From sequence record PZ583738.1: a stretch of 64,000 nt of DNA; one strand, given 5' to 3'. Origin of the DNA: a phage. The position numbers and the translations under genes are program-made. Positions 37,819 to 47,134 of the stretch are shown here, one piece after another (the first letter of the stretch is position 1; each line of letters opens with the position of its first letter). Below the pieces are notes generated by a model that saw nothing but the letters and a program-made list of their open reading frames with translations, was not told the DNA's origin and did no database searches.

Positions 37819-38364
37819 ATGAAAACGTTTTTAACCGGTAGTTATCTATCCCTGATGAATGCTTTTGCAAACCATTCTGATGCTAGAGTAGAACACATTT
37901 GTAATAGTGGGTTTTATGTACCCGATTCACAAACCTTGTTTAAAGAATGCTGCACCTTAAAACTTGATGGTGGGCGCCAATCTGGTAAAACTAAAGCAGT
38001 ATCCATTTTTGCTACGGAATGGTTAGCTGATGGCGGCTCTATTGTTATTTTGTCTAATAACACGGCATATGCTAATGTTTCGGCTACTGCAATCCGAAAG
38101 GAATATTTTAATAACCATACAGAAAGTATTAAGCACCGTTTGTACACTGATTCTGTTCGTAGTTTTATTGGTAACACTGCATGCAAATTCCGTGGATTAT
38201 CACTTTCACGGGTTCTGTATATAATTGATGAGCCTGTTAAAACACCTGATATGGATAAGATTTATGATGCCCACATAAAGGTTGTGCATTATTGCTGTCG
38301 TGCATCATGTGAAGAAACCAATCAAACCACACGTCCTCTGTTCTTTGTGATAGGAATGCAATGA
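37819..38364 (+). CDS. small P-loop NTPase-like protein
   Basis: 181 aa from ATG 37819; Walker A-like DGGRQSGKTKA and Walker B-like LYIIDEP. Confidence 0.5.
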   Translation: MKTFLTGSYLSLMNAFANHSDARVEHICNSGFYVPDSQTLFKECCTLKLDGGRQSGKTKAVSIFATEWLADGGSIVILSNNTAYANVSATAIRKEYFNNHTESIKHRLYTDSVRSFIGNTACKFRGLSLSRVLYIIDEPVKTPDMDKIYDAHIKVVHYCCRASCEETNQTTRPLFFVIGMQ

Positions 38365-38660
38365 TGACCCATGAAGAGCTTTTTGACCAAATCTATTTTA
38401 TTCCAAAGGTTAGGTCAGAAGATTTCGTAAAGAATTTTGAAATCTTTAATAAAGCAAATTTCTTTGAGTATGTGTTTTTGTCTGGGCCTTTTATTGGGTC
38501 CAGATTTCGTTGCACTGCTCCGAGTATTCGCTTGATGAAGTTGGTTCCTTACTTTACTCTGGAATTTATTTCTGGACCGTGTAAGGGTATTATCACTCGT
38601 AGCCTCCTGACCTATGACCAGGATGTGCGATTAATTAGTGACTGGAAAAAATATGTCTAA
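38361..38660 (+). CDS. hypothetical protein
   Basis: 99 aa; ATGA overlap with upstream gene. Confidence 0.5.
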   Translation: MMTHEELFDQIYFIPKVRSEDFVKNFEIFNKANFFEYVFLSGPFIGSRFRCTAPSIRLMKLVPYFTLEFISGPCKGIITRSLLTYDQDVRLISDWKKYV

Positions 38661-38867
38661 ATTGACAATTGAAGGCTCTGATGAAGCTCTGAAAAGATTT
38701 GTTGAATGGTTTAATGGGCCAGGTGAACAAGACTTTCTGGAAGTTTGGGATGGTGGGCAATGGAACGGTAAAGAAATTGTTTATCCGACTACCTATATCT
38801 CCGTACAAGGTTGTCCTGATGGCCTTCGTTTGGTAGAATATGATATCGCAACTGGCGAGGAAGTGAA

Positions 38868-38871
<4 letters not shown>
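38653..38871 (+). CDS. hypothetical small protein
   Basis: 72 aa from ATG 38653. Confidence 0.45.
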
Positions 38872-39450
<579 letters not shown>

Positions 39451-39451
<1 letters not shown>

Positions 39452-39486
39452 TGTACAAGCAGGTTGAAATGAGTTATGATTATCCC
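39451..39486 (+). promoter_or_regulatory. early promoter (PeSL-like cassette)
   Basis: -35 GTGTAC, 18-nt spacer, -10 TATGAT, then TATCCCATCAAAC leader. Confidence 0.5.
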
Positions 39487-39507
39487 ATCAAACAAAAGGA
39501 GATAATC

Positions 39508-39966
39508 ATGACTACTATCGATTCAAGTGTTTACATTCGCCGCAATAAACTTCGTCGCATTTTTGAAACGGAGTTCCTCAAAATTAATAATGCTATCAAC
39601 AAGGCTTGTAAAGAAGCAGGCCTTGAGGCATTCTTCATTAAGTACAGTCCACACCTGTTGGACCGTGCAATCCAACGTGAAATTGATGAACAATATGTTT
39701 TTGACTTGTTTGGAAAAATCACACCACATGTAAAAGAAATCGTTGAATTCCTGGAGATGAAACCACTCCCGGAAGTTGAAGCACAAATTGACCCGAATGT
39801 GAACTACCGTCCACTTCGTCTGGAAATCACAGACAAGAACCTATGGTTAGGAATGACAGTTAACCCAGCTCTTCCTGGGAAGTCTCCGACCATGTGTTGT
39901 CGTATGGCGTTTGTTAACTCTAATCGTCTGGAAGGAAAAATTAGCACAAAAGTGATTTATATCTAA
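39508..39966 (+). CDS. regB: RegB-like site-specific endoribonuclease
   Basis: 152 aa from ATG 39508 with SD AAGGAG; VYIRRNKLRRIFETEF and HLLDRAIQREIDEQYVF match my recollection of T4 RegB (153 aa); position between denV and tk. Confidence 0.55.
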   Translation: MTTIDSSVYIRRNKLRRIFETEFLKINNAINKACKEAGLEAFFIKYSPHLLDRAIQREIDEQYVFDLFGKITPHVKEIVEFLEMKPLPEVEAQIDPNVNYRPLRLEITDKNLWLGMTVNPALPGKSPTMCCRMAFVNSNRLEGKISTKVIYI

Positions 39967-39976
39967 TGAGGAATTC

Positions 39977-40519
39977 ATGAAAAAAGTAATCGCCACCTTA
40001 CTATTGACAGTTAGTATGTCTGCCCATAGCGTAGAGCCTACTTTCAGTAATGAACAAATGGGGAACCTCCAATATGCTTATGCGTTTGGAGAACAGTTCC
40101 AGAAAAATGGTAAGTACAAAGAAAATCCGCACCAACATAATGGTTTGGGATATATCATGGCTGGTTTAGCCTGGCAGGAAAGTTCTGCTGGGATTAATAC
40201 TGGATTAAATAAAGATAAGCATCATGCATATGGTATATTCCAAAATTATCTTCCAACCGTGCGCGAACGCGTGAAACAGGTTGGGTGGACAATGACAGAT
40301 AAAGAAATAATCAAGATGATAAGCAAGAGAGAGAACAGCGCACGCTGGGCTTATATTGAGCTTTCATACTGGTTGAATATTCATAAGGGGGATATAAGGA
40401 AAACACTATCATCATATAACGCAGGGTGGAATGTGAAAGCTGGTAATACGTATGCTTCACAGGTCCTAGAAAAAGCTAACTACTTAAAATCACGAGGCCT
40501 ATTAAAAACGGTGGATTAA
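39977..40519 (+). CDS. secreted lytic-transglycosylase-like (SLT domain) protein
   Basis: 180 aa; signal peptide MKKVIATLLLTVSMSAHS; SLT-like motifs GLAWQESS, AYGIFQ, SYNAGW. Confidence 0.5.
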   Translation: MKKVIATLLLTVSMSAHSVEPTFSNEQMGNLQYAYAFGEQFQKNGKYKENPHQHNGLGYIMAGLAWQESSAGINTGLNKDKHHAYGIFQNYLPTVRERVKQVGWTMTDKEIIKMISKRENSARWAYIELSYWLNIHKGDIRKTLSSYNAGWNVKAGNTYASQVLEKANYLKSRGLLKTVD

Positions 40520-40521
40520 AA

Positions 40522-40881
40522 ATGGTAAGAGTTATCACTTTAGCCATAGGGTTAGTATTCAGCATGGGAGGAATAGCTTCAGTACAGAGCGATGACAACA
40601 ACAGCATCATAGAATATGCAACGAGGACGGCTAAAGATTATTGCGCAGCAAGCAATGTGGATTGTGTAATCCAGTTCAGTGCCAAGCTCACCGCAGCCTA
40701 TAAAGATGGCCAAAATGATGTTGAACATACGCTTTTGAAAAAGAATGTATTATCCAACAAATATGAAAAGAAATTATTTGAAATGGATTGCATTCTATCA
40801 AGTGCAAAATATAAGGCGGCCTGCACCAGTATGGTTGACAGGTTAGTGGATTCATATAATAGAGGATTGAACTCTAAATGA
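40522..40881 (+). CDS. secreted/periplasmic protein of unknown function
   Basis: 119 aa; N-terminal signal-like hydrophobic segment; four cysteines. Confidence 0.45.
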   Translation: MVRVITLAIGLVFSMGGIASVQSDDNNSIIEYATRTAKDYCAASNVDCVIQFSAKLTAAYKDGQNDVEHTLLKKNVLSNKYEKKLFEMDCILSSAKYKAACTSMVDRLVDSYNRGLNSK

Positions 40882-41351
40882 TTACCCAGTATATTAAGGG
40901 CGATATCGTCGCCCTCTTTCTTAGTGGTAAAAACATTGCACATGGTTGCAATTGCTTCCATACAATGGGTTCAGGCGTAGCTGGTCAGTTGGCGAAGGCT
41001 TATCCAAGGATTTTAGAAATAGACAAAACCTCAACCGACTATGGTTACAGAGGAAAACTCGGTGATATGTCTATTGTTTTCAAATATTCCCGAGGTCCGT
41101 CAACTTGCTTTAATCTTTACACCCAATATGAACCAGGACCAAATCTTGATTATCATGCTTTAGTAAATTGTATGGTAGAATTAAATCGAGTCCTGAGTGA
41201 AGGAACACTATTCCGACCAGTGGTTTATATCCCACGGATTGGATGTGGTATTGCAGGTGGAGATTGGGAAAAGGTCTCTATGTTAATTGATATTTTTACC
41301 CCTGACATTGATTTGATAGTGGTGGATTATGAGCCAAGCCCGAATTCTTAA
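40878..41351 (+). CDS. macrodomain (ADP-ribose-binding/processing) protein
   Basis: 157 aa; GDIVALFLSGKNIAHGCNCFHTMGSGVAGQL fits macro-domain N-terminal signature; second glycine-rich motif IGCGIAGGDWE. Confidence 0.55.
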   Translation: MITQYIKGDIVALFLSGKNIAHGCNCFHTMGSGVAGQLAKAYPRILEIDKTSTDYGYRGKLGDMSIVFKYSRGPSTCFNLYTQYEPGPNLDYHALVNCMVELNRVLSEGTLFRPVVYIPRIGCGIAGGDWEKVSMLIDIFTPDIDLIVVDYEPSPNS

Positions 41352-41535
41352 AACGGCCAAATGTGAAAAATGTGAATGGCCAGTAATCGCAGCTTTGTGC
41401 AACGATGAAATGGAATGTGAATTTGATTACTGGTGGTACTGTTCTAATAAAGGATGTTCTAATCATAAGGGTGAAGGTTTTCATTCTGGTTATTGCGAAC
41501 ATCCTAAATTTGTGCGATATGGGGAACCGAAATGA
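41329..41535 (+). CDS. cysteine-rich small protein (putative zinc-binding)
   Basis: 68 aa with 8 Cys (CEKCEWP, CNDEMEC, YCSNKGC, YCEH). Confidence 0.4.
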   Translation: MSQARILKTAKCEKCEWPVIAALCNDEMECEFDYWWYCSNKGCSNHKGEGFHSGYCEHPKFVRYGEPK

Positions 41536-41717
41536 GTTTAAGCATTAGTCAGAAAAGTAGATTATTTGAGCTTATCCATGAGCTTTTGGATGAGCATACG
41601 GAAGCAAATGCTTTTTATGATGAATATGGCCCGATAGATGCCGACCATCAGGAAGAATTTGCCAATCGATTTGATGCGAAAGAAAACGAATTAATAGCTT
41701 ATGTGAATACGCTTTAA
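41532..41717 (+). CDS. hypothetical small acidic protein
   Basis: 61 aa; C-terminus ENELIAYVNTL similar to ORF 43819-44001. Confidence 0.4.
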   Translation: MSLSISQKSRLFELIHELLDEHTEANAFYDEYGPIDADHQEEFANRFDAKENELIAYVNTL

Positions 41718-41726
41718 GAAGGTGAT

Positions 41727-42299
41727 ATGGCGAGTTTAATTTATCATTACGCAGCAATGAATGCAGGCAAAACAGCTTCATTGCTGACTGCAGCTTATTC
41801 CTATAAAGAGCGTGGAATGAGTGTGCTTTTGCTAAAACCTGTTATTGATAATCGGGACTCGGAAGGCGAAATTAAATCACGCATCGGTATTAGCCAGGAA
41901 GCAAACCTGGTAACGGCCGACATGAACCTGTTTGAATTCTATAAATGGGCCGAGTCTCAAAAGGATATCCATTGTGTCCTGGTCGATGAAGCTCAATTTT
42001 TGTTACCAGAGCAAATTGACCAGTTAGCTCAAGTGGTTGATAATTACAATATCCCCGTTATGTGTTACGGGCTAAGAACAGATTTTCGGGGTCAATTATT
42101 TCCCGGTTCGGCCAGACTTCTGGCTATTTCGGATAAACTGGTTGAATTAAAGGGCGTCTGTCATTGCGGCCGGAAAGCAACCATGACCGCTCGAGTAATC
42201 GACGGTGCTGCTGTAAAGGACGGCGAGCAAGTATTGGTCGGTGGGAATGAATCGTACGTATCTTTGTGCAGAAAACATTGGCTCGAATTAACAAGCTGA
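41727..42299 (+). CDS. tk: thymidine kinase
   Basis: 190 aa; P-loop AMNAGKTASLL, VLVDEAQF, zinc ribbon CHCGRKA..C; size matches T4 tk (about 193 aa). Confidence 0.9.
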   Translation: MASLIYHYAAMNAGKTASLLTAAYSYKERGMSVLLLKPVIDNRDSEGEIKSRIGISQEANLVTADMNLFEFYKWAESQKDIHCVLVDEAQFLLPEQIDQLAQVVDNYNIPVMCYGLRTDFRGQLFPGSARLLAISDKLVELKGVCHCGRKATMTARVIDGAAVKDGEQVLVGGNESYVSLCRKHWLELTS

Positions 42300-42306
42300 G
42301 GTTCGC

Positions 42307-42582
42307 ATGGTATACAAGGTTTGGACGTATATCTCTATTTTGATATTCCTGGTTTTGGTTTTTGTTCCTATGCAACAGGACCAGGAAAGGTATGAGCGCG
42401 AAGTCGAAATCGTTGCAAGTACCTATCACTCGTTCAACAAAGAGTGCCCGAATAAAAACGGAATAAGCCTGCAACAAGCGTACTATTTGTCAACGATTAC
42501 CAGCCCAAAACAACGGGTCTGGGTCGAACGTAATTTTGCAAGTTTATTTTCAGAGTACTGCTTTAATTTTAAAAGATTATAA
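42307..42582 (+). CDS. small membrane protein (rI.1 position)
   Basis: 91 aa; N-terminal transmembrane helix. Confidence 0.45.
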   Translation: MVYKVWTYISILIFLVLVFVPMQQDQERYEREVEIVASTYHSFNKECPNKNGISLQQAYYLSTITSPKQRVWVERNFASLFSEYCFNFKRL

Positions 42583-42654
42583 ATACAGTTACTAACTAGT
42601 ATTCCGCTATGTTAAGGCTGCAAAGCGTAATCATGACCAACAATAGGAGTCCTT

Positions 42655-42948
42655 ATGGACCTTATTCGAGGACTTTCATTAAGTCTAATAATCCTGGGCT
42701 GTTTAGGCCCAAATCTGTCCTCTGCAACAGAGGGGAAGTTTACCCAATATGCAGATAGTGCGATGAAGATTTATTCGCAATTCAAAGAACCAAGCGTGCA
42801 CCAATCCGAACAGTTCTGGGCGTTTATCAAGACTGAATGGAACAACAAAAGCCAATGCGAAACTGAAATTACCTGCAAAAGCGATGGTAAAGCTGCGGCG
42901 AGAGAGTACGCTAAATTAATGAAGGTAAAATTGGAAGATGAAATTTGA
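42655..42948 (+). CDS. rI: lysis inhibition regulator RI (antiholin)
   Basis: 97 aa; signal-anchor N-terminus; SVHQSEQFWAFIKTEWNNKSQC and AKLMKVKLE resemble T4 RI (97 aa). Confidence 0.7.
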   Translation: MDLIRGLSLSLIILGCLGPNLSSATEGKFTQYADSAMKIYSQFKEPSVHQSEQFWAFIKTEWNNKSQCETEITCKSDGKAAAREYAKLMKVKLEDEI

Positions 42949-43321
42949 TGATTTCGTAACGGGTCGTGGGTCTGAGGTGGATTCATATATTGGGTGGTTG
43001 TTAGTCTCTTTGGCTTATTTTAAGTCCGCCCATCTTGAAACCAAAAGTTACGCCCGCCATAAAGCTTATGATTTCTACTTCACAGAAATCCAAGGTCCAC
43101 TCGACCAGTTCAGTGAGCAATGGTTAGGTTACAGCGGGAAACAATACAAAGCTGCATTACCGTCCGCCTCGGACTTGCCGAAAGATACAATTTTGTTTTT
43201 AGATGAAATGATTAAAAGCTCGGAAAGAGTCTATAAAGTTGTACCCAAGGCTATTCAATCGACTCTGGACGATATCGTTGGAGTTTTCTTTCAGACTAAG
43301 TATCTGTTAACACTAGAGTAA
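42938..43321 (+). CDS. hypothetical protein (rI.-1 position)
   Basis: 127 aa; followed by strong terminator. Confidence 0.5.
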   Translation: MKFDDFVTGRGSEVDSYIGWLLVSLAYFKSAHLETKSYARHKAYDFYFTEIQGPLDQFSEQWLGYSGKQYKAALPSASDLPKDTILFLDEMIKSSERVYKVVPKAIQSTLDDIVGVFFQTKYLLTLE

Positions 43322-43327
43322 TTCAAA

Positions 43328-43354
43328 AGGTCTGCCTTCGGGTGGACCTTTTTT
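43328..43354 (+). terminator. rho-independent terminator
   Basis: AGGTC..GACCT hairpin followed by TTTTTT. Confidence 0.7.
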
Positions 43355-43363
43355 CATTTAGAG

Positions 43364-43393
43364 GTTTACAACACCATAAAAAGGGTGTACTAT
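43364..43393 (+). promoter_or_regulatory. early promoter (consensus -35 GTTTAC)
   Basis: -35 GTTTAC, 18-nt spacer, -10 TACTAT; followed by TATCCCATCAACTACTGAGG leader. Confidence 0.5.
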
Positions 43394-43421
43394 TATCCCA
43401 TCAACTACTGAGGAGAACACA

Positions 43422-43625
43422 ATGAGAATTAAAAATATCAAGATTGATGCAGTTAATACTGGTGATGAGGTTGTTATCTATCTTAATGATTATGCAATCT
43501 TTATGGACAGTGCCACTGATGAAGAAGTGGTTGAACTCTTACAGAAAGCTCCATTTGAACTGTGTGAAGAAGATGCTACCCATCTTTCATCAGCAATTTT
43601 CTCATTATCATATGTGGTGGAATAA
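43422..43625 (+). CDS. hypothetical small protein
   Basis: 67 aa; SD GAGGAG. Confidence 0.45.
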   Translation: MRIKNIKIDAVNTGDEVVIYLNDYAIFMDSATDEEVVELLQKAPFELCEEDATHLSSAIFSLSYVVE

Positions 43626-43819
43626 TGATTACTTTAGAACAAGCAAAGAGAATCTCTGCATTAGTTGCAGCAATTCGTGAAGCAGATGATGAAATGGCAG
43701 CTTATGCTTGGGCAGCCCCATCTGTATCTGGCGGTAAAGAATTAGAAGCAAAAGTTGGCAATGCTCTGGAAGCATTGGATATGTTCCTTGACGAAATTAT
43801 TGATTACAGGACTGCATAA
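43625..43819 (+). CDS. hypothetical small protein
   Basis: 64 aa; TAATG overlap. Confidence 0.45.
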   Translation: MITLEQAKRISALVAAIREADDEMAAYAWAAPSVSGGKELEAKVGNALEALDMFLDEIIDYRTA

Positions 43820-44001
43820 TGTTAACTACTGAACAGATTGAGAAAATTATCAAACTCGCTTGGCACATTGAAAATGCATCCAATGACCTGGCTGTTGAAT
43901 ATTGTGAAGGTTATTCATATTCTGGAATAGAACAGTGTAAGCGTGATTTGAATAGTTCTAAAGAAGAATTAATTGCTTATCTGAATGGGTTGAAAGAATA
44001 A
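43819..44001 (+). CDS. hypothetical small protein
   Basis: 60 aa; C-terminus KEELIAYLNGL similar to ORF 41532-41717. Confidence 0.45.
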   Translation: MLTTEQIEKIIKLAWHIENASNDLAVEYCEGYSYSGIEQCKRDLNSSKEELIAYLNGLKE

Positions 44002-44258
44002 TGGCTGTTGGATTTGCAAAAGATGGTGCTGAACAGTTAGAGATGGAAGCGGTTGTACAGGCCGCTATCACCCATGCGAGAGCACAGGTTGCAGTTGAAA
44101 GGGAGTCTGCTGAATTCTGTTTTGACTGCGACGAAAAAATTCCTGAAGCGCGGAGACAAGCGATTAAAGGTGTGATATATTGTGTTGGTTGTCAATCAAT
44201 GCATGATGAAATTTTTAAACGTGAACCAAGAAATTGTTGGCACAGGAGCATGAGATGA
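44001..44258 (+). CDS. TraR/DksA-type C4 zinc-finger protein
   Basis: 85 aa; CFDCDEKIPEARRQAIKGVIYCVGCQ four-cysteine motif. Confidence 0.55.
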   Translation: MAVGFAKDGAEQLEMEAVVQAAITHARAQVAVERESAEFCFDCDEKIPEARRQAIKGVIYCVGCQSMHDEIFKREPRNCWHRSMR

Positions 44259-44349
44259 TTTATTACTTAGAACCCTGGGCTTGGTCAACAATGATTATAG
44301 GTCCTATTTTAATCGGTTTATTCTTTTCGTGGTTAGTGAGGAAAATGTA

Positions 44350-44565
44350 ATGTTATATGATCCAAGCGGCAATTCTGAAAATGGTGTGATTGTTCTGGAG
44401 CCTGAGCATCCAGTTGGTGACGTATACCGCCCAGTTGAAGTATGCGAATGTAATTTTGTTAAAGGTAATACCGGTGGGATTTCCATTGAGCAAGATGATG
44501 ATGTTATTTACCTGGATGCAAGCCAAGTAGAAGCACTTTATAGTATTTTAAAACATAACCGTTGA
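44350..44565 (+). CDS. hypothetical small protein
   Basis: 71 aa from ATG 44350. Confidence 0.4.
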   Translation: MLYDPSGNSENGVIVLEPEHPVGDVYRPVEVCECNFVKGNTGGISIEQDDDVIYLDASQVEALYSILKHNR

Positions 44566-44575
44566 GGAACAGAAA

Positions 44576-45136
44576 ATGATTATTGAAACAACTGAATTGT
44601 TTGGCGAACTGACCGCTGAAGTAGTTAATAATGCAATTGAGCTTTGTCAAGAAGACGATAAAATCGTACTGACTATCCAAGATATTAAACCACTTTATGA
44701 TTTAAAGGTTTTGGATAAAGACGAATATCTTAGTGGTAGTTTTAGTGGTGTATTTGATATTAACGATGATGTATGTGCTCGCATTTATAAGCACGATGGT
44801 GGGTTTAATATTGAAACAGATGAAAAATGTCTGAGCATTAGCGATTCTGATAAATTCTTTGATTGTATTTTCAAACTGTTCCAGGAAGAATGTAAGCCAG
44901 AAGTTGAATGGAAAGTCCCAGGTCAAGATGCAGTGATTCGCTCTAGTGAAACCTTTGACGGTGACGAAGAGGAATTGAATTATAATACTGAACTGACTGT
45001 TGTTCAGCATGATGGTCGTGACCAACTATGTATTACCCAAGTACACGATGGTTTTAATGAAGTGGTATTTACTAAGGACGAGCTAAAAGTTTTAGTCTCT
45101 TATCTGAACTCTGTTATCCCAACTATGAACTCTTAA
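44576..45136 (+). CDS. hypothetical acidic protein
   Basis: 186 aa; SD GAGGAA. Confidence 0.5.
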   Translation: MIIETTELFGELTAEVVNNAIELCQEDDKIVLTIQDIKPLYDLKVLDKDEYLSGSFSGVFDINDDVCARIYKHDGGFNIETDEKCLSISDSDKFFDCIFKLFQEECKPEVEWKVPGQDAVIRSSETFDGDEEELNYNTELTVVQHDGRDQLCITQVHDGFNEVVFTKDELKVLVSYLNSVIPTMNS

Positions 45137-45146
45137 GGAAAATATT

Positions 45147-45599
45147 ATGATTATCAATGCAAACTCTTGGCACGTTAAATTACACGACCGTTTTTATGAC
45201 CGTCATTCTCGACCACACTCTTTGTGTGCTTACTTCTGGAAAATGGTTTGGGCTTGTTTTGTTTGTGCTATTGCTGCAGGTAGTATTGGTTTTGGATTAA
45301 CTGTTGCTGGCGCTGGTGTATTAGAGCATTTCTTTGTATTAAGTACTCCTGTTGGTTTGGGTTTGGGTTTTATTTTAGGACTAGCTACGCTGGCTCTTAT
45401 TCTGGCAGTCGCATTTGGTTTGATGTATGGTCTAATGAATCTATGGACCTGGTATGATTTACGTAAAGAAGAAAAGGAATGGCAACGCATTAAAGCTGAG
45501 CGTGAAGGCCGAGAAACTAAAGAAAACGTTTTCATTCAATATATCAAAGCTCGTAAATCTAAGATGTGTCCTATAATCCATTTTGAGGCGAAGAAATGA
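45147..45599 (+). CDS. membrane protein
   Basis: 150 aa; two glycine/alanine-rich transmembrane helices. Confidence 0.5.
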   Translation: MIINANSWHVKLHDRFYDRHSRPHSLCAYFWKMVWACFVCAIAAGSIGFGLTVAGAGVLEHFFVLSTPVGLGLGFILGLATLALILAVAFGLMYGLMNLWTWYDLRKEEKEWQRIKAEREGRETKENVFIQYIKARKSKMCPIIHFEAKK

Positions 45600-46606
45600 G
45601 AACAGTTATGAAAGGCTACTTCGGTAGCCACCTTTATGGAACAAGTACTCCAGAATCTGATGTCGATTTTAAAGAAATCTTTGTTCCGCATCCTCGTGAT
45701 ATTCTACTTGGGACGGCGATGAACCATACCAACCTGAACACGAATAACACGGCTACCAAAAATACAAAAGATGATGTTGACCATGAGCTTTACAGTCTGA
45801 AATATTTCTTTAAACTAGCGGCTGAAGGCGAAACCGTTGCTCTGGACATGATTCACACCCCGGCTGACCTGGTAGTCAAATCCGATTTGCCAGATGTATG
45901 GAAGTTTATCCAGGATAACCGTTCACGGTTTTATACAACTAACATGAAAGCCTATTTAGGGTATGTCCGTAAGCAAGCTTCCAAATATGGTGTTAAAGGT
46001 TCTCGATTGGCTGCACTGCGTGGTGTACTGGCAATCGTTAACCAGATTCCTGAACAGTGGGTCGACTATCAAGAAGGAATCCCTGATAGACTTCGTCGTA
46101 CTAAGGTAGAAGATATCAAACACAGACTCCCTGAAAACGAGTTCTGTGAATGGGTATTCCATAACCATGAGAAAACAGGTCCACAAACGTTCTATACTGT
46201 TCTCGGACGTAAGTACCAAACCACCTTGTCTTTAATCGAGCTCAAGCAATCTCTGAATAAACTCGACGCCGAATATGGTGAACGTGCTCGTAAAGCAGAA
46301 GCTAACGAAGGTATTGATTGGAAAGCACTGAGCCATGCTTATCGTGCAGGGTATCAATTGATGGAAATCTACCAAACAGGTGACTTGGTATTCCCATTGC
46401 GTGAAGCCTCTATCATTAAGCTGATTAAAGCTGGTGAATTACCATTTAAAGAAGTTCAAGAACTTCTTGAAGATACTGTCGATTTAGTTGAAGTTCTGGC
46501 CATCCAGGCTGCTAAGAATGGTATGCCTGATAAGGTAGACATGAAGTTCTGGGACAAGTTTGTTGAAGAGGTATACCTTGACAACCACAATTCCTATTAT
46601 CGTTAA
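45596..46606 (+). CDS. polymerase-beta-superfamily nucleotidyltransferase-like protein
   Basis: 336 aa; N-terminal YFGSHLYGTSTPESDVDF matches the hG[GS]x(9-13)DhD nucleotidyltransferase signature. Confidence 0.55.
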   Translation: MRTVMKGYFGSHLYGTSTPESDVDFKEIFVPHPRDILLGTAMNHTNLNTNNTATKNTKDDVDHELYSLKYFFKLAAEGETVALDMIHTPADLVVKSDLPDVWKFIQDNRSRFYTTNMKAYLGYVRKQASKYGVKGSRLAALRGVLAIVNQIPEQWVDYQEGIPDRLRRTKVEDIKHRLPENEFCEWVFHNHEKTGPQTFYTVLGRKYQTTLSLIELKQSLNKLDAEYGERARKAEANEGIDWKALSHAYRAGYQLMEIYQTGDLVFPLREASIIKLIKAGELPFKEVQELLEDTVDLVEVLAIQAAKNGMPDKVDMKFWDKFVEEVYLDNHNSYYR

Positions 46607-46613
46607 TGAAGAA

Positions 46614-46802
46614 ATGAAGGTCTTCTTATCATACGGAAGACCTCATAAAGGTCGGCGATGGTATCTCGAAGCAGTCTGTCGGGAAACTGGTCGTCGAGTC
46701 AATATCAAGTACACATGCAAACCAACACCCAAGCAAACTCGCAGGTTTGCTAATTGGGCTATCAATAATATCAGATTCCATAATTTTTGGAGTGCAATCT
46801 AA
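46614..46802 (+). CDS. hypothetical basic small protein
   Basis: 62 aa from ATG 46614. Confidence 0.4.
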   Translation: MKVFLSYGRPHKGRRWYLEAVCRETGRRVNIKYTCKPTPKQTRRFANWAINNIRFHNFWSAI

Positions 46803-46826
46803 GGACCCCTCGGGGTCCTTTTTTAT
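46803..46826 (+). terminator. rho-independent terminator
   Basis: GGACCCC-TC-GGGGTCC hairpin followed by TTTTTT. Confidence 0.75.
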
Positions 46827-46886
46827 TTTAAAGGTGTACAAACTTGTCTCTGTTGATGCATAATGAATTTTTACTAAGGAGCCATT

Positions 46887-47063
46887 ATGAATCATATGAG
46901 ACCTCGCGTATCCAAACAAACGCGCGAAGAAGCGATTGAACATTTTAAACGCCATCATGGAAGTCAATCATGTGAGGTGATTGTTGGTATCGACATAGAA
47001 AAGATGAAGGAAACTGCCAAGCACTACCAGGGCAGGATTGATATTAAAAATTATATAAAGTAG
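46887..47063 (+). CDS. hypothetical small protein
   Basis: 58 aa; SD TAAGGAG; not in ORF track (<60 aa). Confidence 0.35.
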   Translation: MNHMRPRVSKQTREEAIEHFKRHHGSQSCEVIVGIDIEKMKETAKHYQGRIDIKNYIK

Positions 47064-47122
47064 TGTACATCAGTATGGGGATAGACGTATAATGTTCCCA
47101 TACTGAGTTACCAAATAAACAA
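47063..47122 (+). repeat. PeSL direct repeat copy 1 (early promoter + stem-loop + leader)
   Basis: About 55 nt nearly identical to 47653-47712 (one-base indel); -35 GTGTAC, -10 TATAAT. Confidence 0.7.
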
Positions 47123-47134
47123 ACGGAGAATAAA

